From an uncultured bacterium (GTDB taxonomy: Bacteria > Krumholzibacteriota > Krumholzibacteriia > LZORAL124-64-63), in contig CAVSGO010000002.1 of the NCBI GenBank assembly GCA_963727525.1, positions 96,001-160,000 of the forward strand: a stretch of DNA of 64,000 bases. The letters are read 5' to 3'. The position numbers and the translations under genes are program-made. Below are positions 9,102 through 18,708 of the stretch, piece after piece; position 1 is the first letter of the stretch; every line of letters begins with the position of its first letter. The notes beneath the pieces are model-generated. The model was not told the origin of the DNA. It saw nothing but the letters and a program-made list of their open reading frames with translations, and searched no databases.

Positions 9102-9815
9102 TTAACGCTCCGGTTCCGTGCGGCTGTGCTGGGCGAGGTCGGTCAAACGCTCCCGATCGATCAGGGTGATGGATCGACCTCGCACCCCGATCACGCCGCT
9201 GTCTTGCAGGCGCCGCAGCAGGCGGCTCAGGGTTTCCGGCGCGGCGCCCAACTCGGACGCGAGCACGCGCTTCGCCACCGGCAACACGATGGTATCGGCG
9301 GCCTGCAACGAGGCGAGATCGAGCAGCCGCGCGGCCAGCCGGGCCGGCACGTTTTTCAGAGAGAGTTCGTCGACCAGGGCGACGAATCGACGCAGGCGTC
9401 GGGAAAGCGTCGCGAGCATGGCCAGCAGGATCTCGGGTCGTTCGCGACCGAGGGCGAGCAGATCCTCGCGCAGGATGAAGAGGGCTTCTGCCGATCCGTC
9501 GGCCGTGGCCGTGGCCGGGTACTCGCCGCCGGCGAAGGTCGGCACCTCGCCGACCACCTCGCCCGCCGTGAAGCGGTGCAGCAACCGCCCACGTCCCTCG
9601 CCGCCGCCGCGGGTGACGACCACGGTCCCTTCCGCCACCACGTACAGTCCCTGGGCCGGCGCGCCCTGTCGCAGGAGCACCTCGCCCTGGGCGAAGCGGC
9701 GCAGGGATGCCCGGCCCGCCAGGTGCCGCAGGTCGTCGTTGGCGATGTCGGCGAACAGCGGTGACGCCCGGAGCAGCGGCACCCGGACGTCGGGGGAGAC
9801 GCGGAGCTTGTCCAT
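9102..9815 (-). CDS. Crp/Fnr family transcriptional regulator (HcpR/Dnr-like)
   Basis: cNMP-fold pattern (GEVLLRQG, GEVVGEV, YPATA) and HTH LASELGAAPETLSR; no FNR-type Cys cluster. Confidence 0.92.
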   Translation of the reverse strand: MDKLRVSPDVRVPLLRASPLFADIANDDLRHLAGRASLRRFAQGEVLLRQGAPAQGLYVVAEGTVVVTRGGGEGRGRLLHRFTAGEVVGEVPTFAGGEYPATATADGSAEALFILREDLLALGRERPEILLAMLATLSRRLRRFVALVDELSLKNVPARLAARLLDLASLQAADTIVLPVAKRVLASELGAAPETLSRLLRRLQDSGVIGVRGRSITLIDRERLTDLAQHSRTEPER

Positions 9816-9835
9816 GATTCAAGAATGACGAGGAA

Positions 9836-9849
9836 TTGACGTCGGTCAA
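9836..9849. promoter_or_regulatory. FNR/Crp-type palindromic operator
   Basis: TTGAC-GTCG-GTCAA in the divergent gap between regulator and Fe-S gene; same geometry as TTGAT-N4-ATCAA. Confidence 0.75.
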
Positions 9850-9926
9850 GGAACTCCCCGGCCTGACGTCTTACCTTGAGGATCGCGACGTGCCGGTCCC
9901 TTCCCGAACCCCGAGAGGTCAAGACC

Positions 9927-10865
9927 ATGGCGACCCGTAAGATCATCCGCATCGACGAGGACCTGTGCAACGGTTGCGGTGATTGCGTCACCGGATGCGC
10001 CGAGGGCGCCCTGCAGATCATCGACGGCAAGGCCCGCCTCGTCCGCGAGGACTTCTGCGACGGTTTCGGCGATTGCATCGGGGCCTGCCCCACGGGAGCG
10101 CTCACGATCGAGGAGCGGGAGGCTGAAACCTACGATCTCGAGGCCACCCGCCGGCACGTCGCGGCGTCGCGTGGGCAGTCGGGCATCGAGGCCCTTGACG
10201 CCGCGTCGCAATGGCATCACAATATCGGGGTCACCGATGGGGAGCTTCCAGAAGACATCGAAAAAAAGAGGGAACCAGGGTGCGCACCCGGCGTAGATAG
10301 CGCGACTCGGGTGGTTGCCGGGCCGATCAAGCAGGTTTCCCACTCCTCTGGTGGCTGCCCGGGTTCACAGATGCGGGTCCTCCCGCGGGCCGACGACAGG
10401 TTTCTCCCTCCAATCCCCCGCCTGTTGCCTGGTACCGAGGAGGACCCCTCTTTTTCCGCACCGCAGGTGCTCCGCCCCGAACTGGGGCAGTGGCCGGTCC
10501 AGCTTCACCTCATCAACCCCGCCGCCCCATTCCTGAAGAATCGTGAGCTGGCCATCCTGAGCACGTGCTCGCCCGTGGCCATGCCCGACGTGAACTGGCG
10601 ATTCGTCCGCGATCGCAGCGTGGCCATCGCCTGTCCGAAGCTCGACCGCACCGAGGGTTACGTCGAGAAACTCACGGCTATCCTCGCCGAGCCCTCGATC
10701 CCGCGGGCCATCGTCGTGCGCATGGAGGTGCCCTGCTGCCGCGGCCTGACGGGCATGGTCGAGCGCGCCGCCGAGGCGACCGGCCGCGACGATCTCGAGG
10801 TCCTGGAGATCACCGTCGGGATCCGGGGCGAGGTGCAGCATACGGAGAGGATCTGGCCCGTCTAG
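9927..10865 (+). CDS. 4Fe-4S dicluster ferredoxin-domain protein (type often linked to hcp/HcpR)
   Basis: CNGCGDCVTGC, CDGFGDCIGACP, GGCPGS, QWPVQLHL, ACPKLD, MEVPCC motifs. Confidence 0.88.
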   Translation: MATRKIIRIDEDLCNGCGDCVTGCAEGALQIIDGKARLVREDFCDGFGDCIGACPTGALTIEEREAETYDLEATRRHVAASRGQSGIEALDAASQWHHNIGVTDGELPEDIEKKREPGCAPGVDSATRVVAGPIKQVSHSSGGCPGSQMRVLPRADDRFLPPIPRLLPGTEEDPSFSAPQVLRPELGQWPVQLHLINPAAPFLKNRELAILSTCSPVAMPDVNWRFVRDRSVAIACPKLDRTEGYVEKLTAILAEPSIPRAIVVRMEVPCCRGLTGMVERAAEATGRDDLEVLEITVGIRGEVQHTERIWPV

Positions 10866-12637
10866 CGTGTCGTCTCGCGGGCCGGGCGGCCACCGGCCAT
10901 CACCTGTGACGCCGCATCGAGCAGATCGCCCGGTCGGAAGGGTTTCGCCACGAAGGCCCGCGCGCCCGCGCCGAGCATGCGCGCGGCGGGGTCTCCGTCG
11001 GTGCCCCCGGACATGGCCAGCACGGGCAGACAGGGATCGCGGGACAGGAGCGTGCGCAGCGCCTCGTCGCCGGCGAGCCGCGGCATCACGAGGTCGAGCA
11101 CCACGAGGTCGAAACGCTGCGATGCGCGCTCGTGCAGTTCGAGCGCCTCGACGCCGTCGCGCGCCTCGGCGACCTCGTATCCGGCGCGCTGGAAGATCCG
11201 CACGACCAGGTCGCGCACCGGATCCTCATCGTCGACCACCAGGACGCGGCCGGACCGTTCGCCGTTCGCACATAACGCCGGAGCGATGGCTGCTGCCGGC
11301 GCGGGCGGTATTGGCCCCACGGCCAGCGGCAACAGCACCGCGACGGTCGTACCGCGGCCGGCCTCGCTCTGTACCTCCACGCCACCGCGGTGGCTCTTCA
11401 CGCATCCATACACTCCGGAGAGCCCCAGCCCGGTGCCCACGCCGGCCGGCTTCGTGGTGAAGAAGGGTTCGAAGATGTGGTCGCGTGTATGGTCGTCCAT
11501 GCCGGTGCCCGTGTCGGCCACGCGGATCTCGAGGTAGCGCCCCACTGTCTCCATATGCGGATTTGCGCGCAGGACCTCGCCGTCGATATCGCGATGGCAT
11601 GTCGTGATGGTCAGGTCGCCGCCCTGCGGCATGGCGTCGCGGGCATTGATGGCGAGGTTCAGGATGGCGTTCTGGATCTGCGCGCGGTCGCCGAAGACGA
11701 CGGGCTCGTCGGCGTCGAGATCGAGGATGACCGTGATGCGACGATCGACGCTGTGCGCAAGCAGTCCCGCCACCTCGCTCACCATCGCATTGATCGGAAC
11801 CGGCTCGCTGCGTTGCTTCTCCTTGCGGGAGAAATCGAGCAGCCCGCGCACGACATCGGCGGCCCGGGTCGTGACGTCGAGGAGGTGTTGCAAGGTGTCG
11901 GATGCCTCGGGTTGACCGACGATCTCCGTGGCCAGGATCTCTCCGTATCCGCGAATTGCCGTGAGCAGGTTGTTGAAGTCGTGCGCCACGCCGCCCGCCA
12001 GCCGTCCGAGCGCCTCGAGCTTGGCCGCCTGCCGCAGGTGGTCCTCGAGCTGGTCGCGTTCCGCCTCGGCACGATCCTTCGCAACCACGACCCGGTGCAG
12101 TTCCACGTTGCGCGCCGCCTGGCGCGACAGCAGCGTCGCGAAGAGATAGAGCGATTGGCAGATCTTCTCGAACTGCTCGCGCGGCATCACGGGCACCTCG
12201 ACGAGCGCAGCCAGGAATGCATCCTCGTCGATACCGATCTCCCTGGCATGCGCGCGGGCGCGATCGACGTCGATGTGGTCGTCGCGCACCTGACCGACCA
12301 GCCAGCTCGCGAGATGGTGCTTTCCCACCGCGATGCGCGCCCCGCCGTCCCACAGGCCGCAGGTCAAGCACGGCCGCACGATCGGCCCGTCACTCAGTCC
12401 TGGGCCGATGATGCGATCGGAGTGCATGCACAGGGCGCGACCGGCTTCGGTGGCGCGCACAAGCGTGCCGCAGAGATGCGTGAAGTTGCTGGGGCGGGTG
12501 AGCGGGCAGCCCCCGGGATCCACAACGATGGACGCCACACCGGCGGCGAGGGCGAAGGCGTCCTGGATGGCCTGCACCTCGGCGAGATCGAAGAGATCGG
12601 TGAATGTCGCTGGTCCCGGCCGCGGTACCTGGTCCAT
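10862..12637 (-). CDS. Hybrid sensor histidine kinase with PocR ligand-binding domain and receiver
   Basis: PocR pattern (IQDAFA..GVAS, SNF..LC, C..SD, C..GLWD); GGVAHDFNNLL H-box; NARDAM, GTGLGL; receiver LVVDDE...DLVMP...KPF. Confidence 0.9.
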   Translation of the reverse strand: MDQVPRPGPATFTDLFDLAEVQAIQDAFALAAGVASIVVDPGGCPLTRPSNFTHLCGTLVRATEAGRALCMHSDRIIGPGLSDGPIVRPCLTCGLWDGGARIAVGKHHLASWLVGQVRDDHIDVDRARAHAREIGIDEDAFLAALVEVPVMPREQFEKICQSLYLFATLLSRQAARNVELHRVVVAKDRAEAERDQLEDHLRQAAKLEALGRLAGGVAHDFNNLLTAIRGYGEILATEIVGQPEASDTLQHLLDVTTRAADVVRGLLDFSRKEKQRSEPVPINAMVSEVAGLLAHSVDRRITVILDLDADEPVVFGDRAQIQNAILNLAINARDAMPQGGDLTITTCHRDIDGEVLRANPHMETVGRYLEIRVADTGTGMDDHTRDHIFEPFFTTKPAGVGTGLGLSGVYGCVKSHRGGVEVQSEAGRGTTVAVLLPLAVGPIPPAPAAAIAPALCANGERSGRVLVVDDEDPVRDLVVRIFQRAGYEVAEARDGVEALELHERASQRFDLVVLDLVMPRLAGDEALRTLLSRDPCLPVLAMSGGTDGDPAARMLGAGARAFVAKPFRPGDLLDAASQVMAGGRPARETTR

Positions 12638-12925
12638 GGCAACCTATCGCGCAGGTGACACGTCACCCGCCACTGGGCGAGAAGCGCGCCGGCGCACCAG
12701 CGCGCGGCATCGCCGATCAAGGCCCCCCCAATCGGCAACGACCGCAGCTACCCTACCCTGACATATCACATGATGTCAATTGGCGAAGCCGGTGGCCAGG
12801 CCCACGCACCGGTGGCGCCGGGCGCGGAGATGTCACGGTGGCGGGTGGCGATACGTAGATCAACCAATGTCGGATATCCGAAATCCCATGTATCCCATCA
12901 CCCCATCGTTCGAAGGAGTGAGCCC

Positions 12926-14035
12926 ATGAAGAAACTCGTACCCATCCTGGCCCTGCTGGCGCTGGCCGCCGTGGTATTCGGCGTCGCGGGCTGCAGCAAC
13001 GAGGCGACCGCCCCTGACGCCGACAAGAACCTTTCTTCTCAGGAGATGCCCGCCACCGATCGACACCACCCGGGGGAACGCGTAGTGATCGCCAACCGCG
13101 CCTCGGGAACGATCTCGGTGATCGACGCCCGCACCGACGAGGTGGTGGGCACCTACGCGCTGCCGTCAAGCGATGGCGAGCCCGCGCCGGAGCCCATGTA
13201 CGTGGTTTCCGTGCCGCGGTATGGTCGGGTGTTCGTCGGCGATCGGGCCAACGACCGCGTGGCCGTGTTCAATGCGCGGACCTTCGACGTGGAGGGCATG
13301 GTGCCCGCCGGCGCCGGCGTGTTCCACATGTGGGCCGACGCCCGCGGCCGGCAACTCTGGGTGAACAACGACGTGGACAACACGACCACCGTTATCGACC
13401 TGCGCACCCTCACGGTGCGTGCCACCGTACCCACGCCCGCCGATCTGGTGGCGATGGGCGGCCATCCGCATGACGTGATCCTCGGGCCCCTCGGCGTGCT
13501 CGCGTACGTCACCGTGCTTGGCGTGTCTGGCGACAACGACTACGTCGTGCAGTTCAGCACGCACTCGCTCCAGGAAACCGGTCGCGCGCCCGTGGGCAAG
13601 GACGCACATCTGTCGCTCACGCGGCGCAATCGCTGGCTCTACGTCCCCTGCCAGAACACCAACCAGGTGATCGTGCTCAACCGCTTCACCATGCAGCCGC
13701 GCACCGACATCGCCGTCCCCGGCGCCCACGGCGCCGGCATGACGCACTCCGGCCGCTGGTTCTACACCACGAATATCTCCGGCGGAGGTACCGACGCGAT
13801 CTCTACCATCAACACCCGCACGAACACCCTGGCCGGCGATCCGGTCGACAGCCCCTATCCCGTGCCGCACAACCTCGCGTTGACCCGCAACGACAGGAAG
13901 CTCTACCTCACGCACTCGGGCGGCACGTCGGACAAGGTGACGGTGTACCGCATCCACGGTCACGACCCCACGCCGCAGTACGTGGGCGAGGTGACGGTGG
14001 GTCTCAACCCGTTCGGGCTGGACGTGGTGCCCTGA
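12926..14035 (+). CDS. YncE/YVTN-type beta-propeller lipoprotein
   Basis: AAGGAG RBS; lipobox VAGC; repeated blades (VANRASGTISVID, VTVGLNPFGL). Confidence 0.85.
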   Translation: MKKLVPILALLALAAVVFGVAGCSNEATAPDADKNLSSQEMPATDRHHPGERVVIANRASGTISVIDARTDEVVGTYALPSSDGEPAPEPMYVVSVPRYGRVFVGDRANDRVAVFNARTFDVEGMVPAGAGVFHMWADARGRQLWVNNDVDNTTTVIDLRTLTVRATVPTPADLVAMGGHPHDVILGPLGVLAYVTVLGVSGDNDYVVQFSTHSLQETGRAPVGKDAHLSLTRRNRWLYVPCQNTNQVIVLNRFTMQPRTDIAVPGAHGAGMTHSGRWFYTTNISGGGTDAISTINTRTNTLAGDPVDSPYPVPHNLALTRNDRKLYLTHSGGTSDKVTVYRIHGHDPTPQYVGEVTVGLNPFGLDVVP

Positions 14036-14207
14036 GGCATGGTGTGGGGGCTCGCGTCAGCAAGGACCTCTGGCAGATTGCCGGAGGTCCTTCGCGATTC
14101 CGGTGTCGACTTGGCGGGATCGCGATTGAGAAGCGGAGACGGCCCGTGAGGCGAGATGCTCGCGGACGCGGGTGCGGGGATCTTGCTGCGATACGTGCCT
14201 TGACAGT

Positions 14208-14294
14208 TAAGCCGTTATATATAAATAAATTACACAGTTCAGCCGGCTGGACGACATGACTTTTTCCACGTTCCGTATACAGTATATCGTAGAC
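14208..14294. repeat. Copy A of duplicated three-part non-coding element
   Basis: 25-bp AT-rich box, TTCAGCCGGCTGGA (14238-14251), GTATACAGTATATCGTAGAC (14275-14294); counterpart at 16828-16903. Confidence 0.7.
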
Positions 14295-14464
14295 AGGCCG
14301 GCCTCTGCCGCCGCCCGAACCCCGGCGCCAGCGCGCCCGTTTCTGGTCGGCGGGCGCCATGCGTGTTAGGTTTCCGCCGTTGCGGCCCTCGGCTGGAGAC
14401 CCGTGGGGTCATGCGAGGTCCCATGCTAGCTGACCGATGTGACGAGAGGAACCGGGTTCGATTC

Positions 14465-15730
14465 ATGGATGAGGCCAGGCGGCGAGGGGCGCACACGTTG
14501 GCCGCGATCTCGGTCGGATTGCTCGTACTCTGGCTGGGCGCCATTCCCCTGAGCACCGGGGTTGCGGAGACGTCGCTCGTCCTGGCGGCGGTCTTCGCGG
14601 TGGGATCGCGGTTGCGGCGCGAAGGCGGGGGGAGCTGGCCGCTGGGTTGGCGAAGCCTCGTCACGGGCGGCCCCAGCACGCGGCACGTGCCATGGCTGAT
14701 GCTCGCGTTCATCGCCTGGTATGCCCTGTCGGTCCCGTTCGGGGTGGATCCGGCCACGGGAGCCGGCAAGCTGCACAAGCTCTTCCGGTACGCCCTCTTC
14801 TTCCTGCCGCTGGCGATCCCCTGGAACGCGAAGTTCTGGCGCGCCGCGCTGTGGATCCTGATTCCGCTACTCTTCGTGGTGGCATGGCAAGGGGTGGCGT
14901 CGCTCGCCGCGGGATTCGGTCGCGCGCGGACACCCAACATGCACTACAACACGCTGGCGCAGGTCGCGGGGGCGATTTCCCTGCTGCTAGGCGCCGGCGT
15001 GCTCTTTGGCCCCCCTGGCTCGCGGCGCGAGCGCGGCGTGATGCTCCTGGGCGCGATCGCGGCCACGGCCGTGCTCGTGACCACGTTCAGCCGCATGGCC
15101 TGGGTGGGCTGGTGGACGGCGGCCGTGGTGCTCGTGCTCGTACGGTTGCCACGGCGCATCGCCGTGCCGATCACCATCGCCGTGGTGGCGATCCCGGCCG
15201 TCATGCTGCCGGTGCTGCACATGACGCGACCGCAGATGTTCGACCTCACGAGTCCCGAGTTCACGCGGCGTTTCGACATGTGGCGCATGGCGCGCAACAT
15301 CGTCGTCGACCACCCGTGGACCGGGATCGGCCCGGGCGGCATCGACACGGTGTACGATCATTACAAGGTGGGCGTACTCGTGGACGATCCGCGCATGTGG
15401 AACCACGTCCACGACGACATCCTCGAGGTGGCCATCAGCCATGGTCTGCCCGCCACGGCCATCTGGATCGCGCTCATCGTGTCGCTCTACGTGCTGCTCG
15501 CGCGCCGGCTCGGGAGTTTCCGCCACGCGCAGGGATCGTGGGTGAAGGCCGCGTTCGCGGGGTGCGGCGCGTGTCTGCATCTGTTCTACGTGTGCGGACT
15601 GCTGCACGACAACTACCCGATCTTCGTGAAGGCCTGCCTGTATCTCTTCTTCTGGGGCCAGCTCGTGGCCATCGATCGCACGCTGGGATCGGCCGGGCCT
15701 CGCCGCGCCGTCTCCGGGGAGCCGGCGTGA
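14465..15730 (+). CDS. O-antigen ligase (WaaL/Wzy_C) family membrane protein (start uncertain)
   Basis: Many TM segments; HYNTLA, TFSRMAW, R...W..A..I..DHPWTGIGPG, HVHD motifs. Confidence 0.85.
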   Translation: MDEARRRGAHTLAAISVGLLVLWLGAIPLSTGVAETSLVLAAVFAVGSRLRREGGGSWPLGWRSLVTGGPSTRHVPWLMLAFIAWYALSVPFGVDPATGAGKLHKLFRYALFFLPLAIPWNAKFWRAALWILIPLLFVVAWQGVASLAAGFGRARTPNMHYNTLAQVAGAISLLLGAGVLFGPPGSRRERGVMLLGAIAATAVLVTTFSRMAWVGWWTAAVVLVLVRLPRRIAVPITIAVVAIPAVMLPVLHMTRPQMFDLTSPEFTRRFDMWRMARNIVVDHPWTGIGPGGIDTVYDHYKVGVLVDDPRMWNHVHDDILEVAISHGLPATAIWIALIVSLYVLLARRLGSFRHAQGSWVKAAFAGCGACLHLFYVCGLLHDNYPIFVKACLYLFFWGQLVAIDRTLGSAGPRRAVSGEPA

Positions 15731-16830
15731 GCGCCGCCGGGCCACGCATCCTCGTCATCCTCTTCGGCCGACTCGGCGATACGCTCATGCGCCTGCCTCT
15801 CGTGCGTGCGTTGCGCGATCGCTACCCAGACGCCACGATCGAGGCCGTTTGCGACACCGTGGTGGCCGATGCGCTCGCGCCGAATCCGCTCTTCGCCGCG
15901 GTGCATCCGCTCCGGCGTCGTGGGACCAGCTATCGCGAACAGGCGCGGTTCTACCTCGCGCTGCGCCGGTGTCGCTTCGACATCGTCGTGGACATGTACT
16001 TCGGGGCGCGCACGCCGCTGATGGCCTGGCTCACCGGGGCAGGGAAGCGGCTCGGCATGGCCAACTACTGGTACGGCAAGTTGCTGATGACCGACCTCAC
16101 GCCCTCGCCGCTGCCGCAGGTGCACATGGTCGATCGCCACCTGCCCCTGCTCGAGCCGCTGGGGATCACGTCCATGCGGCGCGTGTGGGAATTTCCGGTG
16201 GCCGCATCTCACGTGGCCACGCTCGAGGCGCAGCTGGCAGCGGCGGGCCTCGCGGATCTGCCGGGACCGTCCGACCTCGTCGTGGCGATCGGGGCCGGCA
16301 ACGTGACGAAGCGCCTGCACGAGGATGTGCTCGACGAGGTCCTCACGGCCGTCAACGCCGGCGCGCTCGGCGTTCCGCGGCGGGTCTTGCTCGTGGGCGA
16401 CCTGCAGGAACCCCGGCTGGCGGAGCGGTGGCGAGGGCGTGAGGGGATCGTCGTGCTTCCCACCCTGCCGCTCCCGGAGCTGGGGGCTCTCTTCTCCCGC
16501 GTCGGCCTCGTGATGACGCCGGATGCCGGGCCCATGCACATCGCCCTCGCCACGGCGCCGCGATTCCTCACGTACTTCCAGTCGACCCACCCTCACTGGC
16601 ACGACGCGACGCGGCCGGCCTACCGATTCCTCTATCGCGAGAATTGCCCCGTTCAGCCCTGCGACACGCGCCTCGCCCACACCTGCCATCACGAGTGCCG
16701 GCGTTCACTCACGGCCGAGGATGTGCTCCAGGCGATGGCCGGATTGTTTGGCGAGCCGGCATGGGACGGCGTTTGGCCCGCGAACCGGGTCACGCTCGCT
16801 GATGTTCGCGCCGCAGCCGCAAGTCAGTAA
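15727..16830 (+). CDS. Glycosyltransferase family 9 (heptosyltransferase-like)
   Basis: GTG overlapping upstream stop; RILVI..GRLGD..M..P...ALR..YP.A.I; TPDAGPMHIA; C..C..C tail. Confidence 0.88.
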   Translation: MSAAGPRILVILFGRLGDTLMRLPLVRALRDRYPDATIEAVCDTVVADALAPNPLFAAVHPLRRRGTSYREQARFYLALRRCRFDIVVDMYFGARTPLMAWLTGAGKRLGMANYWYGKLLMTDLTPSPLPQVHMVDRHLPLLEPLGITSMRRVWEFPVAASHVATLEAQLAAAGLADLPGPSDLVVAIGAGNVTKRLHEDVLDEVLTAVNAGALGVPRRVLLVGDLQEPRLAERWRGREGIVVLPTLPLPELGALFSRVGLVMTPDAGPMHIALATAPRFLTYFQSTHPHWHDATRPAYRFLYRENCPVQPCDTRLAHTCHHECRRSLTAEDVLQAMAGLFGEPAWDGVWPANRVTLADVRAAAASQ

Positions 16831-16903
16831 ATATCATTTTTACAATGGCATACCGTGTCCAGCCGGCTGGATGTCGCTGGTTGGTCTACGATATATCGTA
16901 TAC
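16828..16903. repeat. Copy B of duplicated three-part non-coding element
   Basis: AT-rich box from 16828, perfect palindrome TCCAGCCGGCTGGA (16858-16871), GTCTACGATATATCGTATAC (16884-16903). Confidence 0.7.
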
Positions 16904-17131
16904 AATCCGCACACACATGCTGCGATTCGCCAGGATGATGGGCCCACGAATGGCTTGACGGGAGTGCATCTCCCCCAACACTGCGGACGTGCTGGAACTC
17001 CGGGGGCGTGGCGTGGTAGCATCGCACCGCGGTCGGCGCCTCGCGCGCTTCGCCGCCCGTACCCGGCTCGCTGATGGACGCCAGATCACGACGAACGACC
17101 CCCCGGGCGCGAGCCATGCAGGGAAGGCGGC

Positions 17132-18418
17132 ATGAGAGACCGACTGGCCCGGATCATCTTCTATGCGTCGCTCGTCGTGCTGGTCCTCGCAGGGGTGTTC
17201 CTGTGGGGTCACGAGTCTTACCGTAGCGGCGTCTGGCCCCACGGCTTCATCGAGAACAGCCGCGACATCGCGTACTCGCTGCATCGCTTCCACCGCATCG
17301 TGCCCACCAATCTCCTGCACCAGGCGCCCGCCGACGCGGCGAACGAGCGCTTCGCAGTGCACCGGCCCGCGGACATGCCTGATGGGTGGTTCGTGGTGCT
17401 GGGCTGGGACGGTGCCCATGGAGGCTATGCCGCGTGGCTTCTGGACGCCAGTGGTACGACGCGGCACACCTGGCCCATCGACTACAGCACCATCGACCCC
17501 GATGGCCCGCTCAACGGCTCCGATACCCCGTACGGCCTGCTCGCGATGCCCGACGGCTCGCTCGTCGTCAACTTCGACCATGGCGACGCCATGGCCCGCC
17601 TCGACGCGTGCGGCCGTCCGTTGTGGGTGCGCCGCGGCGTGTTCCACCACTCCCTCGCTCTCGACGATGCGGGCGATATCTGGACCTGGCAGGGCTTCGG
17701 TACGCCCTATGGTCACCACCACGCCATCGTGCGGCTCGACCCCGATTCCGGCGAAACCCTGGAGTCGATCGATCTGCTGGCCGACATCCTCGCCACCGGA
17801 CCCGAGGCCGAGGTCGCACTCGGCGTGCGCGGCGATTACCCGTTCCGCGACTTCGACCAGACGCCGCCCAGGAGCGCCGGCGCCGACCTCTTCCATCCCA
17901 ACGACGTCGAGGTGCTCACCGCCGCCCTCGCGCCGGCGTTTCCGGAGTTCGCGGCCGGCGACCTGCTCGTCAGCTTGCGCAACATCGATCTGGTCGCCAT
18001 CGTCGACCGGCGCGATCATCATCTGGCGTGGTGGCGCACCGGTCCCTGGATCCAGCAGCATGACCCGGACTTCCGGGCCGACGGCCGCATCTCCGTGTAC
18101 GACAACAACACCGGCCGCGGCCGCTCGGAGATCCTGACCGTCGACCCGCGTACCGGCGAGGTCGTCAACGAGTTGCACGACGGCGACGTGCGCTTCTACG
18201 CCGGCACGATGGGCAAGCACCAGATCCTGCCCGACGGCAAGGTGCTGATCGTCGCGCCGGACGAGGGTCGCGTGCTGCTCGTGACGCCGCATGGTGACCG
18301 CATCCTGGAGATCAACAACCTGGTTGCCGGCCTCGCGCACGTGCACGCCCTCGTCGCGAACGCCATCTGGCTGCCGTCCGATTACTTCGCCGCCGTGCCG
18401 GCCTGCGCCGGCCCGTGA
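17132..18418 (+). CDS. Arylsulfotransferase (ASST-like) family exported protein
   Basis: N-terminal TM anchor; FHHS, DLFHPNDVE, LLVSLRN, QQHDPDF, VYDNN motifs. Confidence 0.85.
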   Translation: MRDRLARIIFYASLVVLVLAGVFLWGHESYRSGVWPHGFIENSRDIAYSLHRFHRIVPTNLLHQAPADAANERFAVHRPADMPDGWFVVLGWDGAHGGYAAWLLDASGTTRHTWPIDYSTIDPDGPLNGSDTPYGLLAMPDGSLVVNFDHGDAMARLDACGRPLWVRRGVFHHSLALDDAGDIWTWQGFGTPYGHHHAIVRLDPDSGETLESIDLLADILATGPEAEVALGVRGDYPFRDFDQTPPRSAGADLFHPNDVEVLTAALAPAFPEFAAGDLLVSLRNIDLVAIVDRRDHHLAWWRTGPWIQQHDPDFRADGRISVYDNNTGRGRSEILTVDPRTGEVVNELHDGDVRFYAGTMGKHQILPDGKVLIVAPDEGRVLLVTPHGDRILEINNLVAGLAHVHALVANAIWLPSDYFAAVPACAGP

Positions 18419-18432
18419 CAGGGAGCTCCGTC

Positions 18433-18708
18433 ATGCGTCTGCTGATCCCCACCCTGCTGATCCTGCTGGTAGCCCGGCCGGCTCAGGCCTATATCGGCCC
18501 CGGGCTGGGACTGGGCACCATCGGCGCCTTCTTCGGCGCCGTGCTGGCAGGCGTGCTGGCGTTCCTCGGATTCCTCTGGTATCCCTTCAAGCGACTGCTG
18601 CGCAAGCGCCGGCGCCAGACCGACGGATCCGCCGGCGGTGGCGACGTGGACGATCCGTCGCGCGCCCAACCGTCCTCGGCCGACCCCGAGGATTCCGCGA
18701 AACGATGA
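18433..18708 (+). CDS. Small membrane protein with AYIGPG motif
   Basis: Signal-like N-terminus, PAQAYIGPGLGLG, TM helix, WYPFKRL basic tail. Confidence 0.75.
   Translation: MRLLIPTLLILLVARPAQAYIGPGLGLGTIGAFFGAVLAGVLAFLGFLWYPFKRLLRKRRRQTDGSAGGGDVDDPSRAQPSSADPEDSAKR

Noticed and set aside
14647-15726. Apparent 360-aa N-terminal extension of the GT9 ORF
   Set aside because: Overlaps the O-antigen ligase in another frame; GT9 similarity starts at GTG 15727
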